A stretch of DNA of 38,361 nt from Promethearchaeota archaeon (GCA_048939995.1 JBHLOY010000016.1:1-38361), one strand, 5' to 3'; counted from the stretch's first letter, positions 1 to 10,586 are shown. The notes: generated by a model from the sequence alone, not told the origin. A program made the numbers and translations.

Positions 1-396
1 ATTACAAATTTTTTCTTCTTGATTGTTTTTTTCAATTGTGCTATTTTTTCTTTCAAAAAATAATTCTTTAATTTTAAAAGGTCTTCCTTTGTTAGAAAGA
101 AGTTTTATTTTATCTCCATACTCATCAGTCGTAATTAGAAATGTCATCCCTAGTTGGGCATTTTCTCTAAATGATAATTTCCTTTCTCCGAGCTTAAAAT
201 GAAGCAAGTAAAACGATTTCATTCGTTCTAGATATTCACTTTTGACATCTAAACCATCTTCTAATTGTTTTGTTATAATGTTTTTATTATAATTGTAATC
301 TTCATCGTTTAGGAAAACTTGTTTATCCCACTCTTTCATTGCCTTTACTAATTTGTCCCTAATGTTAATATCTATAAATTTAATTTTTTCAAACAT
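1..396 (-). CDS. Hypothetical protein, partial (runs off the left edge); shares a domain with the 2616..3482 protein
   Basis: Not in the ORF track. ATG at 396 opens MFEKIKFIDINIRDKLVKAMKEWDKQ...IKLLSNKGRPFKIKELFFERKNSTIEKNNQEEKICN with no stop before base 1. Confidence 0.75.
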   Translation of the reverse strand, partial: MFEKIKFIDINIRDKLVKAMKEWDKQVFLNDEDYNYNKNIITKQLEDGLDVKSEYLERMKSFYLLHFKLGERKLSFRENAQLGMTFLITTDEYGDKIKLLSNKGRPFKIKELFFERKNSTIEKNNQEEKICN

Positions 397-466
397 AAAA
401 ATCACTTAAAATATTACTTTATTTAGGTTTTAAAGAAAATTATATAGATTTATCTTCTAACAGCTT

Positions 467-516
467 CTTACAAAACTGTATATATTATCTATTCTCTATA
501 TTTAAATTTGACGATA
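467..516 (-). repeat. 50-bp exact direct repeat, copy 1; contains a TATA-like box on the minus strand
   Basis: cttacaaaactgtatatattatctattctctatatttaaatttgacgata is identical to 2421..2470. The minus strand reads ...CAAATTTAAATATAG..., upstream of the minus-strand gene starting at 396. Confidence 0.9.
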
Positions 517-709
517 GCTGGCTTTGATTGCTGGTAATTTTGATAAAGATATAAATAATTAGTTACTATTACTTTTTTGTATAAAATTTACAATTTATTT
601 TGTGAGGTTTCTAAAAATTCACGCAGATAGAGCATTAAGTTATATCTTTAGAGCGATTGACAAAGTTAAGGATGATAATCTTAACTGGTTAAAAGATACA
701 ATTAAATAA

Positions 710-1228
710 TTGGTTGAAAATATCGCAAAAAAATCAATATATCCTTCTCAAGATGAAGAGAATTCCTTATTCTTTGTTGAGTTAATCATAGATCCTATGA
801 TATCTATTTTTGAAGATTATAAAGGAAATAATTGTATGGCAATAAATCTGGGTTACAATTATTTTTATGACGAGAGTATCGAAGAACTAAGGATGGAATT
901 ACATACTCAGTTAGACGTAAACATCGGGAAAAGCCTAATGGTCTTCATATCTACCGAATATCATTGTTCTACATATGGTTTTGGATATTGTCAAGACAGT
1001 TCATATGTTGCATATTTCAAAAGGAAAGAATTTGGATTAAGTTCAATTCAGGCGATATTTGGAACTAACGATGAACTTGATAAGTATTACTGGATCATTT
1101 TTCTTAATCAGCAGCTAGTTCCTATGGATTCTGCAATTATTTATTCTATATTTCCTAAAGACAAAATAACGTTACCAAGCAAAGAAATACCTCGAGTAAT
1201 AATAGATCCTTCAAAGTTAAAAGAATAA
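710..1228 (+). CDS. Hypothetical protein (172 aa)
   Basis: Open frame with a TTG start; no recognised motif; start position uncertain. Confidence 0.6.
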   Translation: MVENIAKKSIYPSQDEENSLFFVELIIDPMISIFEDYKGNNCMAINLGYNYFYDESIEELRMELHTQLDVNIGKSLMVFISTEYHCSTYGFGYCQDSSYVAYFKRKEFGLSSIQAIFGTNDELDKYYWIIFLNQQLVPMDSAIIYSIFPKDKITLPSKEIPRVIIDPSKLKE

Positions 1229-1336
1229 GTTAATGAATAAGGAGTAAAAGCACTAGACAATATTTCGAATTGCTAATATTTATAATAAATAATTTTTATC
1301 TATTTTCTAAAAAAAAATTTGGAGGGTGTTTATAAC

Positions 1337-1705
1337 ATGATAAACCAAAATGTTATAGATCTAGATAGGGTTTTTAATTCAAGAGGTGCTAATTTTTTAT
1401 CGCATATTATGGATAAATTTATGGATAAGTTGTTGCCAATTTATATGGCAGGAAAAAGTAATGGCAAGATCTCTGACTCTGGGGGGAAGAAAGTAATGGA
1501 TTGCTGGTATTATTTATGCAAATTTCTAGATTCTTTAGGGATTTTGTTTTTCGATAAACATGAAAGGATACTCGAAGAGGGTAAGAAGTATGGAATAACT
1601 CAATTAGCCGAAAGAATGGAACAATGGCGAGAAAATCGTCGCCGAGATGCATTAATCTTTTTAGTAAAAAATTTTGGCCCTGATGAATTAAAAGATTTAA
1701 AATGA
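1337..1705 (+). CDS. Hypothetical helical protein
   Basis: ORF track gives 1319..1705. GGAGG at 1321-1325 favours the ATG at 1337 (MINQNVID...). Confidence 0.65.
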   Translation: MINQNVIDLDRVFNSRGANFLSHIMDKFMDKLLPIYMAGKSNGKISDSGGKKVMDCWYYLCKFLDSLGILFFDKHERILEEGKKYGITQLAERMEQWRENRRRDALIFLVKNFGPDELKDLK

Positions 1706-1763
1706 AATTTTGTTCTCAGACGGCGGTTCCATGAAGAATAGCTTTCGATCTGATAATCTTAGG

Positions 1764-2405
1764 TTAAAACATGGAATTTTTCAATTTATCGAAGAATTTA
1801 AATTGATCTGGAATTACTTTAATTTGATTTTCTTGCAAGAACATTTTTACTTCTGAGTCACGTATTGGACCCATGACAATAAAATTATTTCCTAACATAG
1901 CTTTTATATTAAGAACTTTTTCTTTCAATCGTTTTTTATTCAAGATATCAAACGCATAAACTATGCCAAAAGGTTCTTTTACATTGTTCAAAACCTTAAA
2001 AATTTCTTTATCTTCTTTAAAAAGGTTTTTTAATTTATCTAATCCACTTGTAATCATTAAATCTATCTTTTCTACTTCAAAAAGACTGTCCTCATCTCTC
2101 TCTATATAGACTTCATGTGTTCCCATATTTCGAAATCCAATAAATAAATTATAAAACTCCTCAAGATCTATAGAATAAACATTTTTTTGATCTTCTTTCT
2201 TGAAGCCTAAATCTGGATTTGGTTTGTCATCATGAGCGGTTCTAATAAATAATTTATTATCTCCCACCCATAATTTATCAGCATAAAGATATAAGGGTGG
2301 ATCATGATCTTCATCCATAATTTCAAAATAATTTCTTATATTCCAAACAAAACTGGATTCTTCTTCTCTATCTTTTACCGGTGCCATAAACTTATCTTTC
2401 TCCAA
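1764..2405 (-). CDS. Hypothetical protein (213 aa)
   Basis: Long ORF directly downstream of the duplicated TATA-containing element; no recognised family. Confidence 0.7.
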   Translation of the reverse strand: MEKDKFMAPVKDREEESSFVWNIRNYFEIMDEDHDPPLYLYADKLWVGDNKLFIRTAHDDKPNPDLGFKKEDQKNVYSIDLEEFYNLFIGFRNMGTHEVYIERDEDSLFEVEKIDLMITSGLDKLKNLFKEDKEIFKVLNNVKEPFGIVYAFDILNKKRLKEKVLNIKAMLGNNFIVMGPIRDSEVKMFLQENQIKVIPDQFKFFDKLKNSMF

Positions 2406-2420
2406 ACAGTATCTTACAGA

Positions 2421-2470
2421 CTTACAAAACTGTATATATTATCTATTCTCTATATTTAAATTTGACGATA
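2421..2470 (-). repeat. 50-bp exact direct repeat, copy 2; probable promoter of 1764..2405
   Basis: Identical to 467..516. Confidence 0.9.
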
Positions 2471-2615
2471 AATACCTTTTTAAAGCCTAGGAAACCTTAT
2501 TGGTAACTAATCTTCCGAAGAATACTAAAAAAGATTAAAAATAGGTAGTTTTATAATGCAATTAATATATAATTTTGTCAAAAATTAATTAACAGATAAT
2601 ATCTGTTAGATTGTA

Positions 2616-3482
2616 ATGTTAGGTAATTCTTTCAATTTGGGTTTTCTTGATTATACTGAGAAGTTCAAACACGCAATGGAAAGTTGGGATATCGTTGGGG
2701 ATAATGATGGCTTAAGAACTCGAGCAGAAGGTCTTATTAAAATTAACTTTAGAATAAATAATTCAGTTACAGCAGTTAAAATTTATTGCGTAGAATCTTT
2801 TGAATTTGATATCTTTATTATGGCTTTAATTGTTGGTAATTTTGATAAAGATAATTTTGAAAAAAGAGTTGAGAAAACTGATAATATATTAAGCATTTTT
2901 GAAACTAAGGCAGAAACATTCTTAATGTGGAATTTTGATGAGAATTTATCAGTAAACCTAAGGCGAGTTAATGGTGATCCCTTAAGATTAAAAGATTTAT
3001 ATCATAGGAAGAAAAGAGAATCAGATTCCTTTTATAAAGCATACAATGAAATATTTTCAAGCGAAAAAGTTGATTCATCAAGCGAGAATGGTGATTTGAA
3101 CAGGTATAACTTAAAACCAATTGATTATTTGAGTGAATTAACAACTGCTATCAAAACGTGGCATATTCCCGAAAGAAAACCAGATGCCGTGAGAGCAGAG
3201 ACAGACATTAGTAGAAAGTTAAAAGGAAAAAGCAAAGTAACAGCTTTAGCGATTGAGAAAGATTCGATTCATACCTCACTTTTTCTTAAAATTGGCGAAT
3301 TCGATTCTAAAGATGCAAACTTATGGGATAAAGATTACATTGTAATTATAGAGAGTTATTTATTTATGGCTACCTCTATTTTTTGGTATAAGAATAAGGA
3401 CACAGGTTTTATTTTAAGAATGACCGAAGGACAGCCGTTAAATATACTGAAATTTTATTCTGATAAATATATTATTGGATAG
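2616..3482 (+). CDS. Hypothetical protein with two internal repeats of an unrecognised domain
   Basis: LGFLDYTEKFKHAMESWD...LRRVNGDPLRLKDLY and LKPIDYLSELTTAIKTWH...LRMTEGQPLNILKFY. Confidence 0.75.
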   Translation: MLGNSFNLGFLDYTEKFKHAMESWDIVGDNDGLRTRAEGLIKINFRINNSVTAVKIYCVESFEFDIFIMALIVGNFDKDNFEKRVEKTDNILSIFETKAETFLMWNFDENLSVNLRRVNGDPLRLKDLYHRKKRESDSFYKAYNEIFSSEKVDSSSENGDLNRYNLKPIDYLSELTTAIKTWHIPERKPDAVRAETDISRKLKGKSKVTALAIEKDSIHTSLFLKIGEFDSKDANLWDKDYIVIIESYLFMATSIFWYKNKDTGFILRMTEGQPLNILKFYSDKYIIG

Positions 3483-3502
3483 GATATCATTGTTTATGTT
3501 AG

Positions 3503-3820
3503 GTGCTAAAAGTGGATGAAAAAAAAGTATCAATTAGAGAACTCTTAGATCAAATACCAGAACCAAAAATGAAACCTCCAACAAAAGTCTGTTTATCTTA
3601 TAACCCAGAATCTGATGGAAAATGTAGTTATTGGAGAGGGCGATGTGATGCCGTCATGCATAGTAGAGCTTCTGTTGAGAGCTTAGGAGATGATTATTTT
3701 TGTCCTCACATGCCTAATTTTCATAAAGACAAAAAGAAAGCTCTTATTGAAAAAGAAATTAGTAAAAAATATTGGACTACATATTGGGAAAAAAAGCTGG
3801 GAGAATCTGACAAACAATAA
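3503..3820 (+). CDS. Small Cys/His-containing hypothetical protein, possibly zinc-binding
   Basis: GTG start 20 bp after the previous stop; four Cys plus a CPH motif. Confidence 0.6.
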   Translation: MLKVDEKKVSIRELLDQIPEPKMKPPTKVCLSYNPESDGKCSYWRGRCDAVMHSRASVESLGDDYFCPHMPNFHKDKKKALIEKEISKKYWTTYWEKKLGESDKQ

Positions 3821-3882
3821 TAACTAAGTTTATACAACTTAGGATAATAATCCCAAGAAATATAGCCCCCACACTTAATACA

Positions 3883-4253
3883 TCTAGTTTTACTAATTCT
3901 CAATACTTAAACCATTGGAGTATCTTCAATATATATTTGGTTATAAATCTTATTTAAATATTTATGATAAGGCACTATTCTTTAGAATAGTTTGATTAAT
4001 GAAAATAATTATTTGGAATTGAAAAAAGTAGAGTTATCTAAATCTAAATCTTGAATTTAAAGAGACAAATAGAATGGAAAAAATTTTAAGAGAAATTTAG
4101 TGCGTTCTATTGTGACAATAATAATTCATTCTACAAAATCTTGATAAGGAAATCTATGGTAATTTCGTCTCCGATTTTAGAAATGGTTTGTAGTGAGGAA
4201 TGTTTTATCCGAAAGGGTAATTCAATTAAGAGAATTTTTTCAAAGTTAATCAT
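3883..4253 (-). pseudogene. Decayed, internally deleted relic of the 11541..12500 segment (HEAT gene fragment plus start of the 321-aa gene)
   Basis: 4253..4131 translates to ...ELPFRIKHSSLQTISKIGDEITIDFLIKIL*NE, versus ETSFRIKRSLLQAISKIGEKTTIDFLIKILQNE in the HEAT protein. 3883..3915 matches 11541..11573 at 24/33 nt and has an in-frame TAA. Confidence 0.8.
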
Positions 4254-4418
4254 TTAAAAATGTGAATGAATTTCAAACTTAAATACATTTATATAAGCGT
4301 TGTTTTTTCTTTTTTTAAAGGAATAAGAGTATATTATACCCTTTTGTCTAAGTATTTGATAAAGCTTACTTTATAAGTTTATTCTTTATTTATCTGAATT
4401 CAAAGAGTTGATAGAAGC

Positions 4419-7400
4419 ATGATAAGAAAAAGGTATCATAAGCGAAGCAAATTTTGTTATTTAGTATTTTTTATCCTCATTTTTAATATTATTTCGATTT
4501 TTTTCCTTCCAATCAGCGATATCAAGGAATTGAATTATGAAAATTCTATGGACAGCCCAGAATCCTTAATTCAATCCTCTTCAAGCAGTCTTCCTAATAA
4601 GCACTATTTCAAGTATTATAAGGTAATATCGATTGACCATACCAAGGTTTCTGGAACTAGTAGTCATAATAATTTTCCTGTGTTGATTTCTATTTTCGAT
4701 TCAGACTTACATGATGATGTTCAATCAACCGGGAATGATATTGCATTTGCTAAAAATACTGAATGGTTAGATCATGAGATTGAATCATTCGAACAGGAAT
4801 TTAATTCAACTCATGCTAAGTTAGTTGCATGGGTTCGAGTGCCATCTCTCTCAACGTCTTTCGATACAATAATATATCTATATTATGGAAATGCTACAAT
4901 GAGCTCTAGAGAAAACCCTACAGGCGTATGGGATACAAATTATAAGGGAGTCTGGCATTTATCAGAAGATCCTCCAGGAACAATATATGATTCAACTTCC
5001 AACAACCATGATGGGACTACTCAAGGTAGCATGAATTCAGGAGATCAAATAGACGGTCAAATTGATGGGTGTTTGAATTTTGATGGGAATGATGAATATG
5101 TTGATTTCGGTAATCCTACAGAACTGCAAATAACAGGGGCTATAACAGTTGAAGGGTGGTTTAAAGCTGATTACTATGGGAATACTTATTTAATATCTAA
5201 AAACGGACCATCCCATCAAAGAGGTTGGGATATAAGTTTTGATCCAAAAAACTTAACTCATGGTTATTTAATATACCGCTATGCTAGAAATGGTGAGATT
5301 CATGCTGATGACGTTGGCAATGTAACAATTACTATCAATCAATGGTATCACGTTGTTGGTGTGTTTGAACCTTCAATTTATTCAAGAATGTTCCTTAATG
5401 GTCAGAAAGTAGATGAAAATGCAACAGGTATTATATCTTCTCAATATGATGCACCAAATCCTGTAAGGTTTGCCACTAGAGGAGATGAGCCTCCACCTAA
5501 TTATTATAATGGAACACTTGATGAAGTCCGTATCTCAAATATCGCTCGTTCAGCTGATTGGATCAAAACTGAATACGACAATCAATTCGATCCAAATTCT
5601 TTTTATTCAATTGGAAAAGAATACAGTGTTTCAGATCATCCTCCTGAAGCTCAACATTTCCTATATTATAAAGAAATAACAATAGATCATACACTGGTAA
5701 GTGGTCCAGATGATCTTCTTAACTTTCCACTTTTGTTCTCTTGTTTTGATGAAGATTTACATGACAACGTTCAACCAGATGGTGATGATATCGCATTTTC
5801 GGACAGTACGTCTTGGTTTGAACATGAAATTGAACTCTTTAATAAGGCCTATAACTCAACTCATGCTCAACTAGTTGCTTGGGTTCGGATACCGAAACTT
5901 TCGACTTCAGTGGATACAATTATTCGTATGTATTACGGGAATTCAACATTGGGATCGCGAGAAAACCCTGAAGGGGTATGGGATAGCAATTATAAGGGTG
6001 TGTGGCATTTAAGCGAAGACCCTACGGATTCCAGTCCAGCATTTAAGGATTCAACTCCCAATAATAATGATGGCACAGATTACGGAAGTATGACAAGCGG
6101 TGACCAAGTGCCAGGACAGATCGACGGTAGTTTAGATTTTGACGGGGGTGATGATTATTTAGAGGCAAATGATTCCTCCTCGCTTACCATTCTAGGTTCC
6201 TTTACAGTTTCAGCTTGGATAAATACCAATGATTTGCCCCCGGTTGGAGATTTACGGAGCGTAGTGGGGAAGGGCATGTCCAGCGATGACCCCGGTGAGA
6301 ATCACAATTATGGAATTATGCTTGAGAACAAAATTCTAACTGCCGGTCAGGCGATTGAGGTTTATTATGAACCCTCTACGGGATTTAGTAATGTGGTTGC
6401 AGCCAGCTGGGTAACATCGCTTAGTTTAGGCCAATGGTATCATGTAGTAGGAGTGCATGATGCAGGTGCGGACACCCTAACCCTTTTTGTCAATGGCGTT
6501 CAGCGCGCTCAAAACACCGGTGCCACGGCAACGCCTGATACAGGTAACGCGCCCTTGAGGATAGCAGATGTAAATGTTGATATTTACCCGAATAAATTTA
6601 ATGGTCAGATTGATGAAGTCCGTATCTCAGATAAAGCAAGAAGTGGAGATTGGATTAACACTGAATTTGATAACCAAAATAATCCAAACTCGTTTTATTC
6701 AATCGGGAAAGAGTATCCTTTGTCAGGTATTCCACCTAATGAGCACTATTTCAAGTATTACAAAGAAATAATTATAGACCATAAAAAAGTAAGTGGTTCA
6801 CATGACCTTTTTAATTTTCCTTTGCTGATTTCCACTTTCGATGAAGATCTACATGATAAAGCTCAAGGAGACGGTGATGATATCGCATTTGCGTATAATG
6901 GTGCATGGTTAAACCATGAAATAGAACTTTTTAGTCAAAACTTTAACAGCAGTCATGCTCAACTTATTGCTTGGGTTTCTATACCAAGGCTCTCAACCTC
7001 TTCAGATACTACTATTCGAATGTATTATGGAAATGCGACAATATCAGATCAACAGAATCCAACTGCTGTTTGGGGTAAGAATTATAGAGGAGTTTGGCAT
7101 TTATCTGAAATAAGTGGTAATTCAATGGATTCTACCACTCATGGAACTGAAGGAATACCCTCAACTGGAGTAACTCAAGGTGTAAGTGGTTTGATTGGTA
7201 ACGCATACGATTTTGATGGAATATCTGGCACTAAGCTTGACTATGGAGACCCCGTTGACGATCATTTAGATGTGGGAACAAGTAGTTTTACTGTTAGTGT
7301 GTGGATTAAGATTGACCAAAATACTGGCACATTTCAAATGCCCTTGTATAAAGGTGGGACGAGTAGCGGGAATGTAGGCTATACTTTAGAAGTAAACAAT

Positions 7401-10400
7401 GGTATGACAAGTTCGTTTTATGTTTCAAATGGAACTCAAGCAAGCTCAGTAGGATGGCCTAGTATAACTTTGGATGCTTGGAAGTTTCTAGTTGGAGTTG
7501 TAAATAGAACATCAGGGAAAATGATCATATACAGAGATGGATCTTTTTACAATGATGCGAATGTTGTATTTGGCAACTTATCTTCAGATAAAAACTTATT
7601 GGTATCCAATAATTTTTACCCTGTTGATGGGATAATAGATGAGCCTAGAATCTGTGCTGTAGCTCGTTCTTCTGATTGGATTGCTACTGAATACAATAAC
7701 CAATTTAATCCAAAATCTTTTTTGACTGTAGCTGAGGAAGTATCGTTTGATATTACCCCTCCTAAATATTCTAATCCAACAGAAAGTTCAGATCCATTAG
7801 AACTAGGCGAAACAGAGGTTATTACTATAAATGTTTCAGATCCTTCAGGTATTAAACAAGTGAAAATTGAATACTCCGGTTCAAATCATTCCATGACAAA
7901 TATTGGAGACGATACTTGGCAATATGACTCCTGGACTCCTACTAGTGTAAATAATTATACATATACAATATGGATAGAAGATAATTATCATAACTGGAAT
8001 TTTACCATTGGCACAATCGAAGTGATTGACACTATTTCACCAACTTATTCAGATCTTATTGAAAGTGCAGATCCTTTACAATTAGGGCAAAATGAGACAA
8101 TTACTATTAAGGTCTATGACTCTCCAGGTTCCGGGGTGAATCAAGTTCTTTTAGAATATGGGTCTTCAAACCATACTATGATTTTTATGGGAGGAAATAC
8201 TTGGATGTGGTCTAATTGGAATGCATCCTTAGGACCACATTCATATACCATCTATATGCAAGATATGGAGAATAATTGGAATATGACCAGCGGAACGATA
8301 ATGGTAGTATCTACGACTGCACCTACCTTAGAAAATCTTACTGAGAGTGAGGATCCTTTAGAATTAGGAAATTACATTACTATTGGAATTGATGTTTATG
8401 ATAACGAGTCTAGCGTAGACGTAGTATTAATTGAGATAGAAGGTACTAATCATACGATGATTAACACAATCGGATTTAGGTATGAATTTAATTACACCAT
8501 ATCCTATGTTGGCACTTTTTATTACACTATATATACTAATGACACAGACAATAACTGGAATTCATTAACTAATAGCTTTGACATTGTAGACACAATTTCC
8601 CCAACTTTTTCAAATCCTATTAAGAGTGAAGACCCCTTAGAATTTGGGGAAACAGTTGTAATCTCTGTGAATTCAACTGATTTATCAGATATTAACCAGG
8701 TTAAAATTGAGTTTGAAGGGGGTAATCATTCGATGACAAATATAGGAGGAAATGAGTGGCAATATAATCTATGGAACCCTTCTGCTACGGGAAATTGGTC
8801 ATACACGGTATGGGCTGAAGATAGTAATGGTAATTGGGGCTTTATTACTGATTCGTTTATCGTTCGTGATACTATCCTTCCAAAATATTCAGATTTAACT
8901 GAAAGTGAGAGTATTGTTGAATTAGGAGATCTTTTGACTATTTCTATTAATGCGACTGATCTAGCAGGTGTTAAAGAGGTTCTAATGGAGTTCGAAAATT
9001 CTAATCATTCTATGATAAATATTGGTGGGAACATATGGCGGTTTAATTCTTGGGGTCCAAATTCAATAGGAAATTATACTTATACGATTTATATTACTGA
9101 TATAAATAATAATTTGAATTCTACAACTGGTTCAATACTATTTCAAGATACAATACTCCCGACTTACTCTAATTTTTTCGAAAGTGTTGATCCTCTGGAG
9201 TTGGGGGATACAGTGATTATCAGAATAGATAATTACGATTATGCTGGTATTAATCAATCCTTAATAGAAATTGAAGGAGCAAATCATTCCATGACAAACA
9301 TTTATGGAGACACATGGCAATATGATTCATGGATACCAAATAATTGGATTCTTTATCAATACAAAATATATATAGAAGATATGAGTGGTAATTGGAATTC
9401 TATGACAGCTAACATTACTGTTCAAGATACCCTTCCTCCCCTACCACCGGTATTTACCAACAACCCAGTTGGTGAAGTGAGTGGTATAATTGTTTTCGAT
9501 TGGTTGGATGGCAGTGATCCCTCGGGTATCTCATATTATATTCTGATTATCGATAATGAGATTGATCCACTCACAACTCCAGGATATGTATATTTCTTTA
9601 ATATTACTAATGTAGGACCAGAGAGTAGTTATTTCATATTACCTCAAAATCTTACAATTGGGGATTATTTTTATTTCTTAGCTCAAATTGATGGAGTAGG
9701 TCATCAAAGTAGTTATACAATAGGAGCTTTCACAATTATTCAGACTGGCGATGGCGAGCCTGGTAATAATAATTTGATTACTATTATGATAATCTTAGCA
9801 AGTGTAGTTGGTTCTTTAATAGCAATAGTTATAGTTCGAAAAAGGTTAAAAAAGGACATGAAACCAAAACGTAAAAAGATAGCCCTTAAGATAATATCCT
9901 CCCATATTAGCAAGATATCAAGTCCACAGCCTGTGAACCAAGCAATAGAATTTCAAGATATGATATTCGATGATACGCAAGATCAATCTTTATTTGGTAA
10001 AGAATTAACCAACGAGCAAGAACTCGAAACTCGCATTAATGAGATAAAAAATATGGGAGAGCAACTATTCACTGAAGGAGCTTATTTAGAGGCCCAAAAA
10101 CAATTTAAGCTTGGAAGGGATCTTCTTATTAACTTAGAGAGAGAAGATGAAGCAAAAATATTTTCAGAATTAATTGCTGGAATTGAAGGTCTATTAGAAG
10201 AACGCGATAAAAGATTAGAACTTCTGGATCAATCAAAAAGTGAGGGTGACTCTGTGCAAGTATTTCAAGTATATCAGGATCTAATGGATATATCAAAAAA
10301 ATTAAGAGATTCAGATTCATCTAGTTATTACCAGTCGGAATTAATTGATTACTTTCAAAAGAATAGTTTGAAATTAGAAAATTTAGAAAAATATAGATTT

Positions 10401-10586
10401 GAATTAAATCAAAATGCAGAAGTATCATACAGTAATAATTTCTTTGAAGAGGCAGCTACACTATATGATAAATGTGAACGGATTTCCCAATTGTTAGTAC
10501 AACTAGAACGAGAAGAAGAAATAGCCAAAATTGAAGAATTTAGATATAAAAAGAATGAGTGTTTAAAAAAAATAAATAATAACTAA
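4419..10586 (+). CDS. Giant single-pass surface protein: 3x (DUF2341 + LamG/ConA-like lectin), 6 Ig-like repeats, FN3-like domain, TM helix, TPR-like cytoplasmic tail
   Basis: N-terminal hydrophobic segment; three copies of NFPxLxS...DIAF...HEIE...AWVxxPxLS...YYGN; LamG motifs (WYHVVGV, GxxDEVRIS); six ESxDPLELG-type repeats; TM ITIMIILASVVGSLIAIVIV followed by RKRLKK. Confidence 0.9.
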   Translation: MIRKRYHKRSKFCYLVFFILIFNIISIFFLPISDIKELNYENSMDSPESLIQSSSSSLPNKHYFKYYKVISIDHTKVSGTSSHNNFPVLISIFDSDLHDDVQSTGNDIAFAKNTEWLDHEIESFEQEFNSTHAKLVAWVRVPSLSTSFDTIIYLYYGNATMSSRENPTGVWDTNYKGVWHLSEDPPGTIYDSTSNNHDGTTQGSMNSGDQIDGQIDGCLNFDGNDEYVDFGNPTELQITGAITVEGWFKADYYGNTYLISKNGPSHQRGWDISFDPKNLTHGYLIYRYARNGEIHADDVGNVTITINQWYHVVGVFEPSIYSRMFLNGQKVDENATGIISSQYDAPNPVRFATRGDEPPPNYYNGTLDEVRISNIARSADWIKTEYDNQFDPNSFYSIGKEYSVSDHPPEAQHFLYYKEITIDHTLVSGPDDLLNFPLLFSCFDEDLHDNVQPDGDDIAFSDSTSWFEHEIELFNKAYNSTHAQLVAWVRIPKLSTSVDTIIRMYYGNSTLGSRENPEGVWDSNYKGVWHLSEDPTDSSPAFKDSTPNNNDGTDYGSMTSGDQVPGQIDGSLDFDGGDDYLEANDSSSLTILGSFTVSAWINTNDLPPVGDLRSVVGKGMSSDDPGENHNYGIMLENKILTAGQAIEVYYEPSTGFSNVVAASWVTSLSLGQWYHVVGVHDAGADTLTLFVNGVQRAQNTGATATPDTGNAPLRIADVNVDIYPNKFNGQIDEVRISDKARSGDWINTEFDNQNNPNSFYSIGKEYPLSGIPPNEHYFKYYKEIIIDHKKVSGSHDLFNFPLLISTFDEDLHDKAQGDGDDIAFAYNGAWLNHEIELFSQNFNSSHAQLIAWVSIPRLSTSSDTTIRMYYGNATISDQQNPTAVWGKNYRGVWHLSEISGNSMDSTTHGTEGIPSTGVTQGVSGLIGNAYDFDGISGTKLDYGDPVDDHLDVGTSSFTVSVWIKIDQNTGTFQMPLYKGGTSSGNVGYTLEVNNGMTSSFYVSNGTQASSVGWPSITLDAWKFLVGVVNRTSGKMIIYRDGSFYNDANVVFGNLSSDKNLLVSNNFYPVDGIIDEPRICAVARSSDWIATEYNNQFNPKSFLTVAEEVSFDITPPKYSNPTESSDPLELGETEVITINVSDPSGIKQVKIEYSGSNHSMTNIGDDTWQYDSWTPTSVNNYTYTIWIEDNYHNWNFTIGTIEVIDTISPTYSDLIESADPLQLGQNETITIKVYDSPGSGVNQVLLEYGSSNHTMIFMGGNTWMWSNWNASLGPHSYTIYMQDMENNWNMTSGTIMVVSTTAPTLENLTESEDPLELGNYITIGIDVYDNESSVDVVLIEIEGTNHTMINTIGFRYEFNYTISYVGTFYYTIYTNDTDNNWNSLTNSFDIVDTISPTFSNPIKSEDPLEFGETVVISVNSTDLSDINQVKIEFEGGNHSMTNIGGNEWQYNLWNPSATGNWSYTVWAEDSNGNWGFITDSFIVRDTILPKYSDLTESESIVELGDLLTISINATDLAGVKEVLMEFENSNHSMINIGGNIWRFNSWGPNSIGNYTYTIYITDINNNLNSTTGSILFQDTILPTYSNFFESVDPLELGDTVIIRIDNYDYAGINQSLIEIEGANHSMTNIYGDTWQYDSWIPNNWILYQYKIYIEDMSGNWNSMTANITVQDTLPPLPPVFTNNPVGEVSGIIVFDWLDGSDPSGISYYILIIDNEIDPLTTPGYVYFFNITNVGPESSYFILPQNLTIGDYFYFLAQIDGVGHQSSYTIGAFTIIQTGDGEPGNNNLITIMIILASVVGSLIAIVIVRKRLKKDMKPKRKKIALKIISSHISKISSPQPVNQAIEFQDMIFDDTQDQSLFGKELTNEQELETRINEIKNMGEQLFTEGAYLEAQKQFKLGRDLLINLEREDEAKIFSELIAGIEGLLEERDKRLELLDQSKSEGDSVQVFQVYQDLMDISKKLRDSDSSSYYQSELIDYFQKNSLKLENLEKYRFELNQNAEVSYSNNFFEEAATLYDKCERISQLLVQLEREEEIAKIEEFRYKKNECLKKINNN

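Noticed and set aside
3721-3903. 60-aa minus-strand ORF with CxxC
   Set aside because: Overlaps 3503..3820, and its start is a decayed copy of the 321-aa gene start; probably not a gene.
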